Of a stretch of 64,000 bases of DNA, positions 32,329 to 41,894 are shown piece after piece. Source of the stretch: an uncultured Gammaproteobacteria bacterium (GTDB taxonomy: Bacteria; Patescibacteriota; Microgenomatia; UBA10105; UBA927). Where the stretch lies: assembly GCA_964394685.1 (NCBI GenBank), contig CAYMYO010000001.1, positions 64,040-128,039 on the forward strand, given 5' to 3'. Positions within the stretch are counted from its first letter, which is position 1, and every line of letters starts with the position of its first letter. Made by a program: the position numbers and the translations under genes. Under the pieces are notes generated by a model. It was not told where the DNA came from. It saw nothing but the letters and a program-made list of their open reading frames with translations, and ran no database searches.

Positions 32329-33500
32329 TTAAACTCATCAAATCGACATTTTTAAAAGAAAAAGAAACAAAAACGAAACTTTGTGCGTTTATCAAAAAAG
32401 CAGAAATGCTCAGTATTGGTTCTGAGTGTCGAAAATTTGAACATAATTTTTCTGCATATCAGGGGCGAAAGCATTGTGTGTTTGTGAATAGTGGTAGTAG
32501 CGCTAATCTTGCCGTCATTCAGGTACTTCTAAATCTCGGAAAAATCAAAAAAGGCGATGAGGTAGGATTTTCAGCGTTGACCTGGTCGACCAATGTCATG
32601 CCGCTTATTCAGTTGGGTCTTAAACCTATTCCTATCGATTGCGAACTTGATACGCTCAATGTTTCATCAAGAACATTACAAGATGTCTTAAAGAAACATC
32701 ATATTAAAATGTTATTCCTTACAAATCTTCTTGGATTTTGTGATGATATAGATAAAATTACACAAATATGTAAGAAAAATCACATTTTATTAATTGAGGA
32801 TAATTGTGAATCTTTGGGAACGGTGTACAAAGGAAAAAAATTAGGAAATTTTGGTTTGGCAAGTACATTTTCTTTTTATGTCGGTCACCATATGTCGACG
32901 ATTGAAGGTGGAGCAGTGTTGACAAATGATACGGAGTTTGAAACCATGCTTCAGTTTGTACGTGCGCACGGGTGGGATAGAAATCTTACTGAGGATAAAC
33001 AATTAAAAATTCGCATAAAACACAATGTCAACGAAACTTTTTATAACCGGTATACCTTTTATGATTTGGGATATAACCTTCGTACTACGGAAATTCAAGG
33101 ATTCATTGGAAATACGCAGATACCGTATTTACCTGAAATAATCAGAAAAAGGGAGAAAAATTTTAAGCGGCTTGCAAAATCTATTTATGTCAATACGAAC
33201 AAATATTACCCGATCCGATACGACCATATTGATATCGTGTCAAATTTTGCAGTTCCTATTATTTGTCGTAGGCAAACAATTCGTGATGAACTTGTAAAAA
33301 AATGTGACGGAATTGTTGAAATCCGACCAATTGTTGGCGGTGATATGACCAAACAGCCGTTTTATGCAAAATATGTCAATGGAACTCACGAGCACAGCGT
33401 GACCAACGCAAGTATAGCTCACGATCAGGGTCTATATTTCGGCAATAATCCAGAACTCACAGAAAAAGAAATCCAGAAATTAATTTCAATATTTTCATGA
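32325..33500 (+). CDS. DegT/DnrJ/EryC1-family PLP-dependent enzyme (aminotransferase or dehydratase)
   Basis: The sequence VNSGSSANLAVIQVLL...GDEVGFSALTWSTNVMP...FSFYVGHHMSTIEGGAVLTND is DegT-like. The H-rich active-site region leaves an E1-type dehydratase possible. Confidence 0.7.
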   Translation: MIKLIKSTFLKEKETKTKLCAFIKKAEMLSIGSECRKFEHNFSAYQGRKHCVFVNSGSSANLAVIQVLLNLGKIKKGDEVGFSALTWSTNVMPLIQLGLKPIPIDCELDTLNVSSRTLQDVLKKHHIKMLFLTNLLGFCDDIDKITQICKKNHILLIEDNCESLGTVYKGKKLGNFGLASTFSFYVGHHMSTIEGGAVLTNDTEFETMLQFVRAHGWDRNLTEDKQLKIRIKHNVNETFYNRYTFYDLGYNLRTTEIQGFIGNTQIPYLPEIIRKREKNFKRLAKSIYVNTNKYYPIRYDHIDIVSNFAVPIICRRQTIRDELVKKCDGIVEIRPIVGGDMTKQPFYAKYVNGTHEHSVTNASIAHDQGLYFGNNPELTEKEIQKLISIFS

Positions 33501-34513
33501 AGCTTATTTCGATTATAATTGTTAATTGGAACGGTCTAAAATGGCTTTCTGATTGTTTTAGAACTATCTACGAGCAGGATCACGGCAGGTTTGAAATCAT
33601 TTTTGTTGATAATGCCTCTAAAGATAAATCTGTAGCGTGGGTGAAAGAACATTATCCAAAAACGAAAATATTAGTGAACAAGAAAAATCTTGGATTTGCT
33701 GATGCGAATAACGTTGGATATAGAAAAGCAAAGGGGAAGTATGTGCTGTTTCTAAATAACGATACAAGAGTAACGAAAACATTTCTGTCCGAGTTAGTTG
33801 ATGTTTTAGAACGTGATAAAACAATTGGAGGAGTTCAGAGTAAAATGTTGCTTATGGATCATCCGGATACGCACGATAGCGTCGGCGCGTTTCTTACGCC
33901 AACCGGATTTTTGTATCATTATGGGTTTGGTAGAAAAGATATTTCAAAATACAACAAAGAAATTGAACTATTCACAGCAAAAGGCGCGTGTATGATGTTT
34001 CGAAAAGATGTATTAGATGCGGTTGCAATATGTGGTGATATTTTCGATCCTGATTATTTTGCCTATTTTGAGGAATCTGATTTATGTCATCGGGTATGGC
34101 TTACAGGATACAGAATTGTATATGCCTATAGGTCGGTTATATATCACAAAATGGGTGCCACAAGCAGCAGCATGAATAATGCTTTTATTCAGTATCATTC
34201 ATTCAAAAATAGAATTCGGACATATATAAAGAATTTTGGAATTGTCCATCTCATGTTGATTTTGCCCGTTCATTTGTTGCTCTGTGAAGGCTTTTCAGCG
34301 TACTCTTTAATAAAAGGTCAATTTCAATTATTCTTTGCTATACAAAAGGCATTTTGGTGGAATATAGTGCATTTGGGAAAAACGATACAATTAAGACATA
34401 TTGTTCAAACGAAAATACGGAAAACGAGCGATAACGATTTGGCAAGAAAAATTGTATATAAGCCGTCACTATCGTATTATGTAGGTTTAGTGCGAGGTCG
34501 GATATATGAATAA
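33497..34513 (+). CDS. Glycosyltransferase family 2 (rhamnosyltransferase-like)
   Basis: The sequence ISIIIVNWNGLKWLSDCF...IFVDNASKDKS...NLGFADANNVG...FLNNDT is present, and a DxD lies in FEESDLCHR. Confidence 0.85.
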   Translation: MKLISIIIVNWNGLKWLSDCFRTIYEQDHGRFEIIFVDNASKDKSVAWVKEHYPKTKILVNKKNLGFADANNVGYRKAKGKYVLFLNNDTRVTKTFLSELVDVLERDKTIGGVQSKMLLMDHPDTHDSVGAFLTPTGFLYHYGFGRKDISKYNKEIELFTAKGACMMFRKDVLDAVAICGDIFDPDYFAYFEESDLCHRVWLTGYRIVYAYRSVIYHKMGATSSSMNNAFIQYHSFKNRIRTYIKNFGIVHLMLILPVHLLLCEGFSAYSLIKGQFQLFFAIQKAFWWNIVHLGKTIQLRHIVQTKIRKTSDNDLARKIVYKPSLSYYVGLVRGRIYE

Positions 34514-35300
34514 AACTAATAAATCAAATGACCTATCAATTCTTTTTCTTTCCTGCGACAAATATCAGGATTTATGGAAACCACTTTTTTATTGTGTCAA
34601 TAAATATTTTAATCAGAAAAAATATCCAATGTATCTCGGAAGCAATACAAAATCATATAAAGATAAAAACGTGACAACTTTACTTTCAGGACCGGATAAA
34701 GATTGGTCAACGAGTCTTCTTAATATTTTAGATCAAATACATACCCCATATATTTTTTTATGGCTTGACGATATGTTTCCGATAAAAAAGATCAACGTAA
34801 GTCGTTTTACGGACACGCTTGAATTTATGAAAAGTAAAAGGGCGGTGCATATTCATGCAGAGGCAACACCTGCACCGGATAAGATTCTTTCAAACGGTAC
34901 ATTCGGAGAATACAAAAAGGGCGCTCCATATCGAGCAACAGCGATGGGTTTTTGGAATGTACCAGCATTAAAAAAACTTCTTATTCCCGGCGAAAACCCG
35001 TGGAATTTTGAAATTATGGGATCATACAGAACTTCATATATGGACGGATTTTATTGTGCTATGAAGCCTGTTTTTTTGAAGATGAATGTCGTTGAGAAAG
35101 GAAAAATATTTAACGATGCCTATAGATATTGCAAAAAGCATAACATACCGCTTAATACGTCAAAACGTGAAGTCATTAGAAATACGCATTTTGTCAAAAG
35201 TGAACTGCAAAAATTGATGTTTAACACAGTGAAAAAAATTCCTTGGAAATTCAGAGTGTCAGTTATGAATGTGTTGCGAAAGATCGTGATAAGTTATTAG
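34506..35300 (+). CDS. Hypothetical protein, possible nucleotide-sugar transferase-like
   Basis: Its 264 aa are soluble. It carries LSILFLSCDKYQDLWKPLF and LWLDDMFP DxD-like segments. Its placement in the operon supports the call. The family is not recognised. Confidence 0.35.
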   Translation: MNKTNKSNDLSILFLSCDKYQDLWKPLFYCVNKYFNQKKYPMYLGSNTKSYKDKNVTTLLSGPDKDWSTSLLNILDQIHTPYIFLWLDDMFPIKKINVSRFTDTLEFMKSKRAVHIHAEATPAPDKILSNGTFGEYKKGAPYRATAMGFWNVPALKKLLIPGENPWNFEIMGSYRTSYMDGFYCAMKPVFLKMNVVEKGKIFNDAYRYCKKHNIPLNTSKREVIRNTHFVKSELQKLMFNTVKKIPWKFRVSVMNVLRKIVISY

Positions 35301-35314
35301 ATACGATATACTAT

Positions 35315-36313
35315 ATGAATATGAATTCATTTTGGAAAAATAAAAAAGTGCTTGTCACCGGCGGATCCGGATTTATCGGAAGCCATGTTGTAGAAAAGCT
35401 TGTAAGAATGGGAGCCAAGGTTAAGATATTGGATAGAATTTCAAATGGAAAATTGAAATATATTGAATATTTGAAAAGGGATATTGAAATAATCCATGGG
35501 GAATGCGTGGATCCGGATGCTTCTGTAAAAGCCTGTAATTCAATGGATGTCGTTATGAATTTGGCTGCTCATGTCGGAGGGATTGAATACAACAGGACAC
35601 ACCAGGCAACCATGCTGCATGACAATATAGTGATAGCAACATCGATGATAGAAGCTGCAAGAAAAGCAAAAGTCGAGCGATTTTTGGTTGTTTCATCAGC
35701 GTGTGTGTATCCGCATGATGCAATTGTGCCAACACCTGAATCGGAAGGAGTACGCGGTGAACCAGAACCAACAAACAGCGGGTATGGTTGGGCAAAACGG
35801 TATGCGGAACTCCTCGGTAAATTATATTCGGAAGAGTATGGTATGAAAGTTGGAATTGTGAGACCGTATAACGCCTACGGACCACGTGATCATTTTTCTC
35901 CAGAATCATCCCATGTTATACCGGCCCTCATTAAGCGGGTGATGGACGGAGAAAATCCGATTACAGTTTGGGGAAGCGGGAAACAAACGCGTGCGTTTCT
36001 TTATGTGGAAGATTTTACTGATGGTTTGATACAGGCTATCGAAGAATATCCTGTCCCGGATCCGATAAATATCGGAACCGATGAGGAGATATCAATTGGT
36101 GATTTAATAAAAATGATTATTAAAATCAGTGGAAAAAATTCTGATATACAATTCGATATAACCAAGCCTGATGGAAGTCCCAGACGAAATAGTGATAACA
36201 CAAAGGCAAAAGAAAAAACCGGATTTACTGCAAAGACGTCTCTTGCTGAAGGGTTACATAAAACAATCGAGTGGTATGCAAAAGAATATTTAGCTAATAG
36301 AAACACTACTTAA
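35315..36313 (+). CDS. GDP-L-fucose synthase (Fcl/WcaG)-like NAD(P)-dependent 3,5-epimerase/4-reductase
   Basis: The sequences VLVTGGSGFIGSH, SSACVYP, EPTNSGYGWAK and NAYGPRDHFSPESSHVIPALIKRV closely parallel the Fcl blocks SSCIYP, EPTNEPYAIAK and [23 protein letters not shown]. Confidence 0.7.
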   Translation: MNMNSFWKNKKVLVTGGSGFIGSHVVEKLVRMGAKVKILDRISNGKLKYIEYLKRDIEIIHGECVDPDASVKACNSMDVVMNLAAHVGGIEYNRTHQATMLHDNIVIATSMIEAARKAKVERFLVVSSACVYPHDAIVPTPESEGVRGEPEPTNSGYGWAKRYAELLGKLYSEEYGMKVGIVRPYNAYGPRDHFSPESSHVIPALIKRVMDGENPITVWGSGKQTRAFLYVEDFTDGLIQAIEEYPVPDPINIGTDEEISIGDLIKMIIKISGKNSDIQFDITKPDGSPRRNSDNTKAKEKTGFTAKTSLAEGLHKTIEWYAKEYLANRNTT

Positions 36314-38105
36314 TCTTTTTGTGAAGTAGATATGGGCCAAGGGCTAAATATTGTAACCCTGAATGTTCAAAAGCATAGAGAGCTTCTTTCGGGCCGAGGA
36401 CTACCGGATATCCATGTAGATTAAAAGATGTATTTAATACACCTCCTATACCTGTAATATTTTCAAATTCTTTAATAATTTTATAGTAAGTAGGATTCCA
36501 TGATTTTTCAATAAATTGTGGTCGCAACGTAAAGTCATATGGGTGCATAGCTGCGCGTAATTCTTTTATTGCCAGCTCAGTCGGGTCAAAACAGATGATC
36601 ATATATGGAGCTTCAATATGTTTTGGAATAATACAATAATCACGTGCTCTTTCACGTAATATCGAAGGTGCAAAAGGCATCCAGAAGTCCCTTTGCTTCA
36701 TTTGATCATTAATGATTTTAACAATATCTGTGTTTTGAGGATTGGCCAGGATGGATCTATTACCTAATGCTCTTGCCCCCCACTCCATTCGTCCAGAACA
36801 TCTTGCTACAACTTGACCTTTTGCCAGAAGTTTGGCGATTTGTTTTTCGATATTATTCGATTTTGTTATGGTGTATTTTTTCTTAATTTGTGCATCCGAA
36901 AGGTTATTAAATATTTCTTTATCTGAATATGCTGGGCCTAAATAAAGATTTTGTAGAGGTTTTACATATGGATAACCATATTTTGACTTAGTTACTTGTA
37001 AGTATGTAAGATAACACGATCCTATAACTAATGATTCATCTCCTGCACTAGGCATAAAAAATGCTTTTGATACACTCTTTAAATGCAAAATTTTATAATT
37101 GGCTTTCACGTTCATGAAAACTCCACCAGAGAAAATGAGTGTATGTAATCGTGTCTGTTTAGTGACATATGATACCCACTCGAGAATTCTTTCCTCAACT
37201 AATTTTTGAAAAGCTCCTGCCAATATATCAAATCGTACAAACGTCATTGATCGTTTTAAAAAGTAGAGAGTGTCTTGAGTATTGAATTTTGCATAAAAAC
37301 GGTATTTATTTTTTGGATCTAACGTAAGGATATCTTTTATTTTGTCATATAGTTTATCTACATCCTTCTCTTTAGCATACGGAGCAAGTCCCATAACCTT
37401 ATATTCATGCTCACCCGGTTTCATACCTAAAAATCTTGTGACATCATGATATATCCATCCAAGTGAGTTTTCTCTTGAAGTGGAAGCTATTCTCTGAAAG
37501 TGGTCTTTGTGAAATATGCTTACCGTGGAACATACGTTATCACCTTCTGCATCGAGCGTTAGCACAACTGACTTTTCTTGATTAAAAGGTGAACTATAAT
37601 AAGAGGCGGCAGCGTGAGATAGATGGTGTCCCGTGGTTACAATTTTATTAATTGGAACATGAAGATAGGAAGCGATATATTGTCTCTCTTTTTTTAGAAG
37701 ATATGCTCCGTACGTTTTGGTGGCAAGGTAGTAAAAAAAGGTACCTACCGGTCTTATTTTGGGAAATTTGTAGACCAGTCGACCCCACGAAGTTCTTATA
37801 CTGCTAACAAAGTTATAAAAGATATTCAGAATATGTACAGTAATTTCTTTTTTTGTTCCCTCAGAAAGACCTATAGGTGAACCAAATGATGAGGGTAGAG
37901 TGATAAAGTCCAAATCCTCAGTTGTAATTTTTGCATATTCAAGACACCACGCAATACTTTTTTGTGGTAGTCCCATATGGTTCTTTATTCCTGAGAAGCG
38001 TTCCTCACTAACACATGCAATTATCTCACCATTTTTAAGAATACAGGCCGTGGCATTATGACCGGTATGAATTCCTAAAATATGTATGTTTTTTGTTGTC
38101 AACAT
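36306..38105 (-). CDS. NodU/CmcH-family carbamoyltransferase
   Basis: The sequence ILGIHTGHNATACILKNGEIIACVSEERFSGIKNHMGLP is the Carbam_trans_N signature. The C-terminal domain NTSFNLHGYPVV is present and the length is about 600 aa. The track ORF extends to 38141, so the start is uncertain. Confidence 0.8.
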   Translation of the reverse strand: MLTTKNIHILGIHTGHNATACILKNGEIIACVSEERFSGIKNHMGLPQKSIAWCLEYAKITTEDLDFITLPSSFGSPIGLSEGTKKEITVHILNIFYNFVSSIRTSWGRLVYKFPKIRPVGTFFYYLATKTYGAYLLKKERQYIASYLHVPINKIVTTGHHLSHAAASYYSSPFNQEKSVVLTLDAEGDNVCSTVSIFHKDHFQRIASTSRENSLGWIYHDVTRFLGMKPGEHEYKVMGLAPYAKEKDVDKLYDKIKDILTLDPKNKYRFYAKFNTQDTLYFLKRSMTFVRFDILAGAFQKLVEERILEWVSYVTKQTRLHTLIFSGGVFMNVKANYKILHLKSVSKAFFMPSAGDESLVIGSCYLTYLQVTKSKYGYPYVKPLQNLYLGPAYSDKEIFNNLSDAQIKKKYTITKSNNIEKQIAKLLAKGQVVARCSGRMEWGARALGNRSILANPQNTDIVKIINDQMKQRDFWMPFAPSILRERARDYCIIPKHIEAPYMIICFDPTELAIKELRAAMHPYDFTLRPQFIEKSWNPTYYKIIKEFENITGIGGVLNTSFNLHGYPVVLGPKEALYAFEHSGLQYLALGPYLLHKKIK

Positions 38106-38967
38106 AGTGCGCATTATCCCGAAAGTTAAAGGGTTTGTCAATTTTTTATCAAATTGTGATAAGATAAAATTTACTGTGTTTACAAAAGAAACAAAAGTAA
38201 TTCGAATAGGCTCATCAAGCCTGTGTTATGCGATAATACCGTGGGATAGCGAATATTTACATAACACAACAATTGAAATTGAAAATTTTTCTGTCTCTTC
38301 TTTGGCAACTCTCAAAAAACTTGTTATTCAACTCAAACATTCACACAAACTAAAAAAAGGCGATCTATTGGTTAGTAAAATTCCACTTGCAGATTATGAG
38401 AAAATTAACACGCTTGATAATGTTGGGTTTTATTACATAGAACAAACAACTACTCTAGATATAGATTTATCAGCATGGAATGCAAGTTCGTTTATTTTTT
38501 CAAACAGTGACGAATACAAATTAATTCCAGCGGACCTATCTGATAAAAAGGAGATACGAGATATTGCAAAATCTATATTTACTGCTGACCGTTTTCATTT
38601 AGATGCACATATTCCAAAAGCAAGAGCGGATTATCGGTTTGAGATGTGGATAGAGAACTCTTTTCATAATTCAGACATTGTATATAAGTTTATTGATAAA
38701 AGAGGAATTATTATTGGATTTTTTATTGTCAATGAACAGAAGGAGTACGCTGAATTCCGTTTGGCCGGGTTACATTCTTTATACAAAGGTAAAGGCTTAG
38801 GGAAAATACTATATCATCATATGTATCAAATACTGAAAGTAAAAAAATTTAAATCGATAACTTCTGTTATTTCACTAAATAATATTCAAGTGCTTAATGT
38901 ATATATGTATTTAACTCACGCAAAATTTACACAGCCTTTAATTGTTATGCATAATGTGCTGTTATAA
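38086..38967 (+). CDS. Hypothetical protein with C-terminal GNAT-like acyl-CoA N-acyltransferase motif
   Basis: The C-terminal FRLAGLHSLYKGKGLGKILYHHMYQ fits GNAT motif A (Q/R-x-x-G-x-G/A). The start is uncertain, with an in-frame GTG near 38176. The gene is divergent from the carbamoyltransferase. Confidence 0.45.
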   Translation: MFFVVNIVRIIPKVKGFVNFLSNCDKIKFTVFTKETKVIRIGSSSLCYAIIPWDSEYLHNTTIEIENFSVSSLATLKKLVIQLKHSHKLKKGDLLVSKIPLADYEKINTLDNVGFYYIEQTTTLDIDLSAWNASSFIFSNSDEYKLIPADLSDKKEIRDIAKSIFTADRFHLDAHIPKARADYRFEMWIENSFHNSDIVYKFIDKRGIIIGFFIVNEQKEYAEFRLAGLHSLYKGKGLGKILYHHMYQILKVKKFKSITSVISLNNIQVLNVYMYLTHAKFTQPLIVMHNVLL

Positions 38968-38973
38968 CCAGTG

Positions 38974-39948
38974 TTATTTTTGAGCCTGAACATATACCCA
39001 TTCCGTAGTAAATGAGGTGTTATCTGCAAGCGGATTTTTTTCTTTTAACTCATCAAAAAGCATATGTGAGGCCTGTATAATTATTTTATCTCTATCGCGT
39101 TCTTCTTCTGTAGTTGGATCTTTTCCCCCAATTTCCGGTAATATACCTGCCTGCAAACGTCTGACTCTTAAAAAGGATAGCCAATCTATATATAAAACTT
39201 TTATTTGTTTATAACTACTCTGTATATTTCTAAAACCGTTATCTTTTAGCGCATCTAGATAGTATCCGATTGGTCTTGGATCAGGAAAGACAAATTTTCT
39301 TTGTGAAAGTCCTTCCTGTAATCTTATAGTAATCCCTTTTTTATATTGTCTGTATTTTTTATCTGTTTTGATTATGGATATGCCAAAATCATGTACCCGA
39401 TGGACCGAATCATCAATCATTAAGAGATCTTTCTTTCTGTCTTTTCGTTTAATATTTCCGCTTTGAAATGTAAATATCCCTTCAGGTTTGAGTGCGCGAT
39501 AGATGCCCGCGAATGTCTCTGATATATTTGGAATGAGGTGTACTGTATTGGCGGCAATAACATGATGTGCTGTTTGTTCCCCAATGATTTCATCAAGTGT
39601 TTTATATCGTCCCTGATTTTTTTCTAATAACAAACAGGTAACTTGAGGATTTGTATGAAACAAGCCGTAAGCGTTACCTAGCCAAGATGGAGAATTATCA
39701 ACAAGAAATAGCGAAAATTTTTGAGTCATGTGCTGAAGAAGATATTCTGCTGAACTTCCTGTTCCTGCACCAAAATCAACAACGACATCATCAACCTTGA
39801 CCATTTTTTTAATCAGTCGGATTATTTCATAAATATTATCTATGTGCCAAGACGCTTTGATAACTGCGGCGTGGTACGCTAACGCACCTGAAGACGTTGG
39901 TTTACTTGGCTTCCAAGATGTGTATAAATGCGGTGATTGCTTTCTCAT
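38974..39948 (-). CDS. Class I SAM-dependent methyltransferase
   Basis: Motif I VVVDFGAGTGSSAEYL is present. The post-I acidic residue is in FLVDNS. The protein is 324 aa. Confidence 0.75.
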   Translation of the reverse strand: MRKQSPHLYTSWKPSKPTSSGALAYHAAVIKASWHIDNIYEIIRLIKKMVKVDDVVVDFGAGTGSSAEYLLQHMTQKFSLFLVDNSPSWLGNAYGLFHTNPQVTCLLLEKNQGRYKTLDEIIGEQTAHHVIAANTVHLIPNISETFAGIYRALKPEGIFTFQSGNIKRKDRKKDLLMIDDSVHRVHDFGISIIKTDKKYRQYKKGITIRLQEGLSQRKFVFPDPRPIGYYLDALKDNGFRNIQSSYKQIKVLYIDWLSFLRVRRLQAGILPEIGGKDPTTEEERDRDKIIIQASHMLFDELKEKNPLADNTSFTTEWVYVQAQK

Positions 39949-39972
39949 GGTATCTATACTATATTTTACACA

Positions 39973-41154
39973 ATGAAAGACCCCGTGTACATCATTGATG
40001 CAAAACGAACTCCGATAGGAAAATATGGTGGTAGCCTTATTGATGTGTCTGCAACAGAATTGGCGTCGATTATTATTAAAGCATTATTAACAACAAATCC
40101 ATCTGTAACCAATTATGTAAATGAGGTGATTTTGGGAAATGTGCTTTCAGCGGGACTTGGACAAAACCCAGCCAGAATAGCTGCGTATACAAGCGGAATT
40201 GACAAGAAAGTCCCTTCGTGTACGGTTAATAAAATTTGCGGTTCTTCACTAAAAAGTATCATTATGGGTTTGCAATCCATATTAATAGATGATTCGCAAG
40301 TAATTATTGCAGGTGGTATGGAAAATATGAGTCGTTGTCCGTATCTATTAGATAATTACCGTTTCGGAGCAAAAATTGGGCATCAAACAGTGCGGGATGC
40401 GATGATCTATGATGGATTATTTTGCAGTCTTATCGGAGAACCTATGGGATTAACTGCTGAACATATTGCTAAAAAATATAAAATTACTAGAAAAGAACAA
40501 GATACGTATGCAGTGAATAGTCATTCAAAAGCACTAAAGGCCATTACTGATAATTCATTTTCAAAACAAATTATTCCGGTTCCCATAACAAAAGGAAAAA
40601 CCACCTTGATGTTTTCTGTCGATGAACAACCGAGGAAAGAGACAAGCTTGGAAAAACTTTCTCAACTCCGACCAGGATTCCTTGTTAAAGGTACCATCAC
40701 CGCAGGAAATGCGTGTTCACTGAATGATGGCGCAGCAGCAGTTGTTTTAACCTCTGCAGATTTTGCACACAAACATCGTATTAAACCAATGGCAAAAATA
40801 GTTCAATATGCCTCTATTGGGCTTGATCCCAAATTTATGGGACTTGGGGGATATTATGCGGCAAAACTGTGCTTGGCTAAAGCAAAATTGACAACAAAAA
40901 ATATAGATCTTTGGGAAATAAATGAGGCGTTTGCATGTCAAAGCATTGCAGTTCAACAATTGCTTGATATTGATGAACGGATCATTAATGTTAATGGCGG
41001 AGCAATTGCATTAGGTCATCCAATTGGAGCAAGTGGAGCACGAATTTTAACAACGCTTCTTTATGAATTAAAAAAACAATCGAAACAATTTGGTATGGCA
41101 AGTTTGTGTATTGGTGGTGGCCAAGGAATTGCAATGTTGGTTGAGAACCTATGA
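39973..41154 (+). CDS. Acetyl-CoA C-acetyltransferase (thiolase II)
   Basis: The N-terminus VYIIDAKRTPIGKYGGSL, the active-site-Cys region NKICGSSLKSI, the C-terminal GGAIALGHPIGASGARIL, and CIGGGQG are all present. Confidence 0.85.
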   Translation: MKDPVYIIDAKRTPIGKYGGSLIDVSATELASIIIKALLTTNPSVTNYVNEVILGNVLSAGLGQNPARIAAYTSGIDKKVPSCTVNKICGSSLKSIIMGLQSILIDDSQVIIAGGMENMSRCPYLLDNYRFGAKIGHQTVRDAMIYDGLFCSLIGEPMGLTAEHIAKKYKITRKEQDTYAVNSHSKALKAITDNSFSKQIIPVPITKGKTTLMFSVDEQPRKETSLEKLSQLRPGFLVKGTITAGNACSLNDGAAAVVLTSADFAHKHRIKPMAKIVQYASIGLDPKFMGLGGYYAAKLCLAKAKLTTKNIDLWEINEAFACQSIAVQQLLDIDERIINVNGGAIALGHPIGASGARILTTLLYELKKQSKQFGMASLCIGGGQGIAMLVENL

Positions 41155-41894
41155 AACGCTTTGAGGGTAAGATAGCATTGGTAACTGGCTCATCCCGAGG
41201 GCTTGGTAAAGCGATAGCCTTTGAGCTTGCGTCGTCAGGCGCAACGCTTATTCTTCATGCTACAAAAAAATCTTCAGTCGCGATAAGCACGTTTCATGAA
41301 ATACGGAAAATTTCCCCAAAAAGCAAATTATATTATGCAAATTTCATGCACCCTAAAAAAATTGTTGATATGGCTCGTAGTGTTCAAAAAGATTTTACAC
41401 ATATCGATATGTTAATAAATAACGCCGGTGTAATAAAAAGAAGCACGTTTCTCAATCTAACTGATAAAGATTGGGAGACTGTTATGAAAGTAAATATTTA
41501 TGGAATGTATCATATAACAAAGCAATTGTTACCAGCCATCATCCAACGTGGCAAAGGAAGAATAATAAATATGTCTTCCATATGCGGTCTGGTGGGTGAA
41601 TATGGATTGACGAGTTATTGTGCGTCAAAAGCAGCAATCATTGGTTTTACAAAGTCTCTTTCTAAAGAAGTAGCAAAATACGCCATAACAGTTAATGCGA
41701 TATGTCCGGGATTTACCGATGAAGGGATGTCAAATACTATGTCTAATAAAATATTAGAGCAAAGTATTCAATCCATACCTCTTCGTAGGATCGGAACAAA
41801 GGAAGAAGTCGCAAAACTTGTTGCTTTCCTATGTTCTGAAGATGCTGGATATATCACGGGTCAAGCGATTAATATAAATGGAGGTTTAATATGA
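41151..41894 (+). CDS. SDR-family 3-oxoacyl reductase (FabG / acetoacetyl-CoA reductase-like)
   Basis: The sequence KIALVTGSSRGLGKAIA is present, the NNAG motif is in NNAGVIKRS, and the catalytic Y-x3-K is in YCASKAA. The start overlaps the upstream stop in ATGA fashion. Confidence 0.85.
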   Translation: MKRFEGKIALVTGSSRGLGKAIAFELASSGATLILHATKKSSVAISTFHEIRKISPKSKLYYANFMHPKKIVDMARSVQKDFTHIDMLINNAGVIKRSTFLNLTDKDWETVMKVNIYGMYHITKQLLPAIIQRGKGRIINMSSICGLVGEYGLTSYCASKAAIIGFTKSLSKEVAKYAITVNAICPGFTDEGMSNTMSNKILEQSIQSIPLRRIGTKEEVAKLVAFLCSEDAGYITGQAININGGLI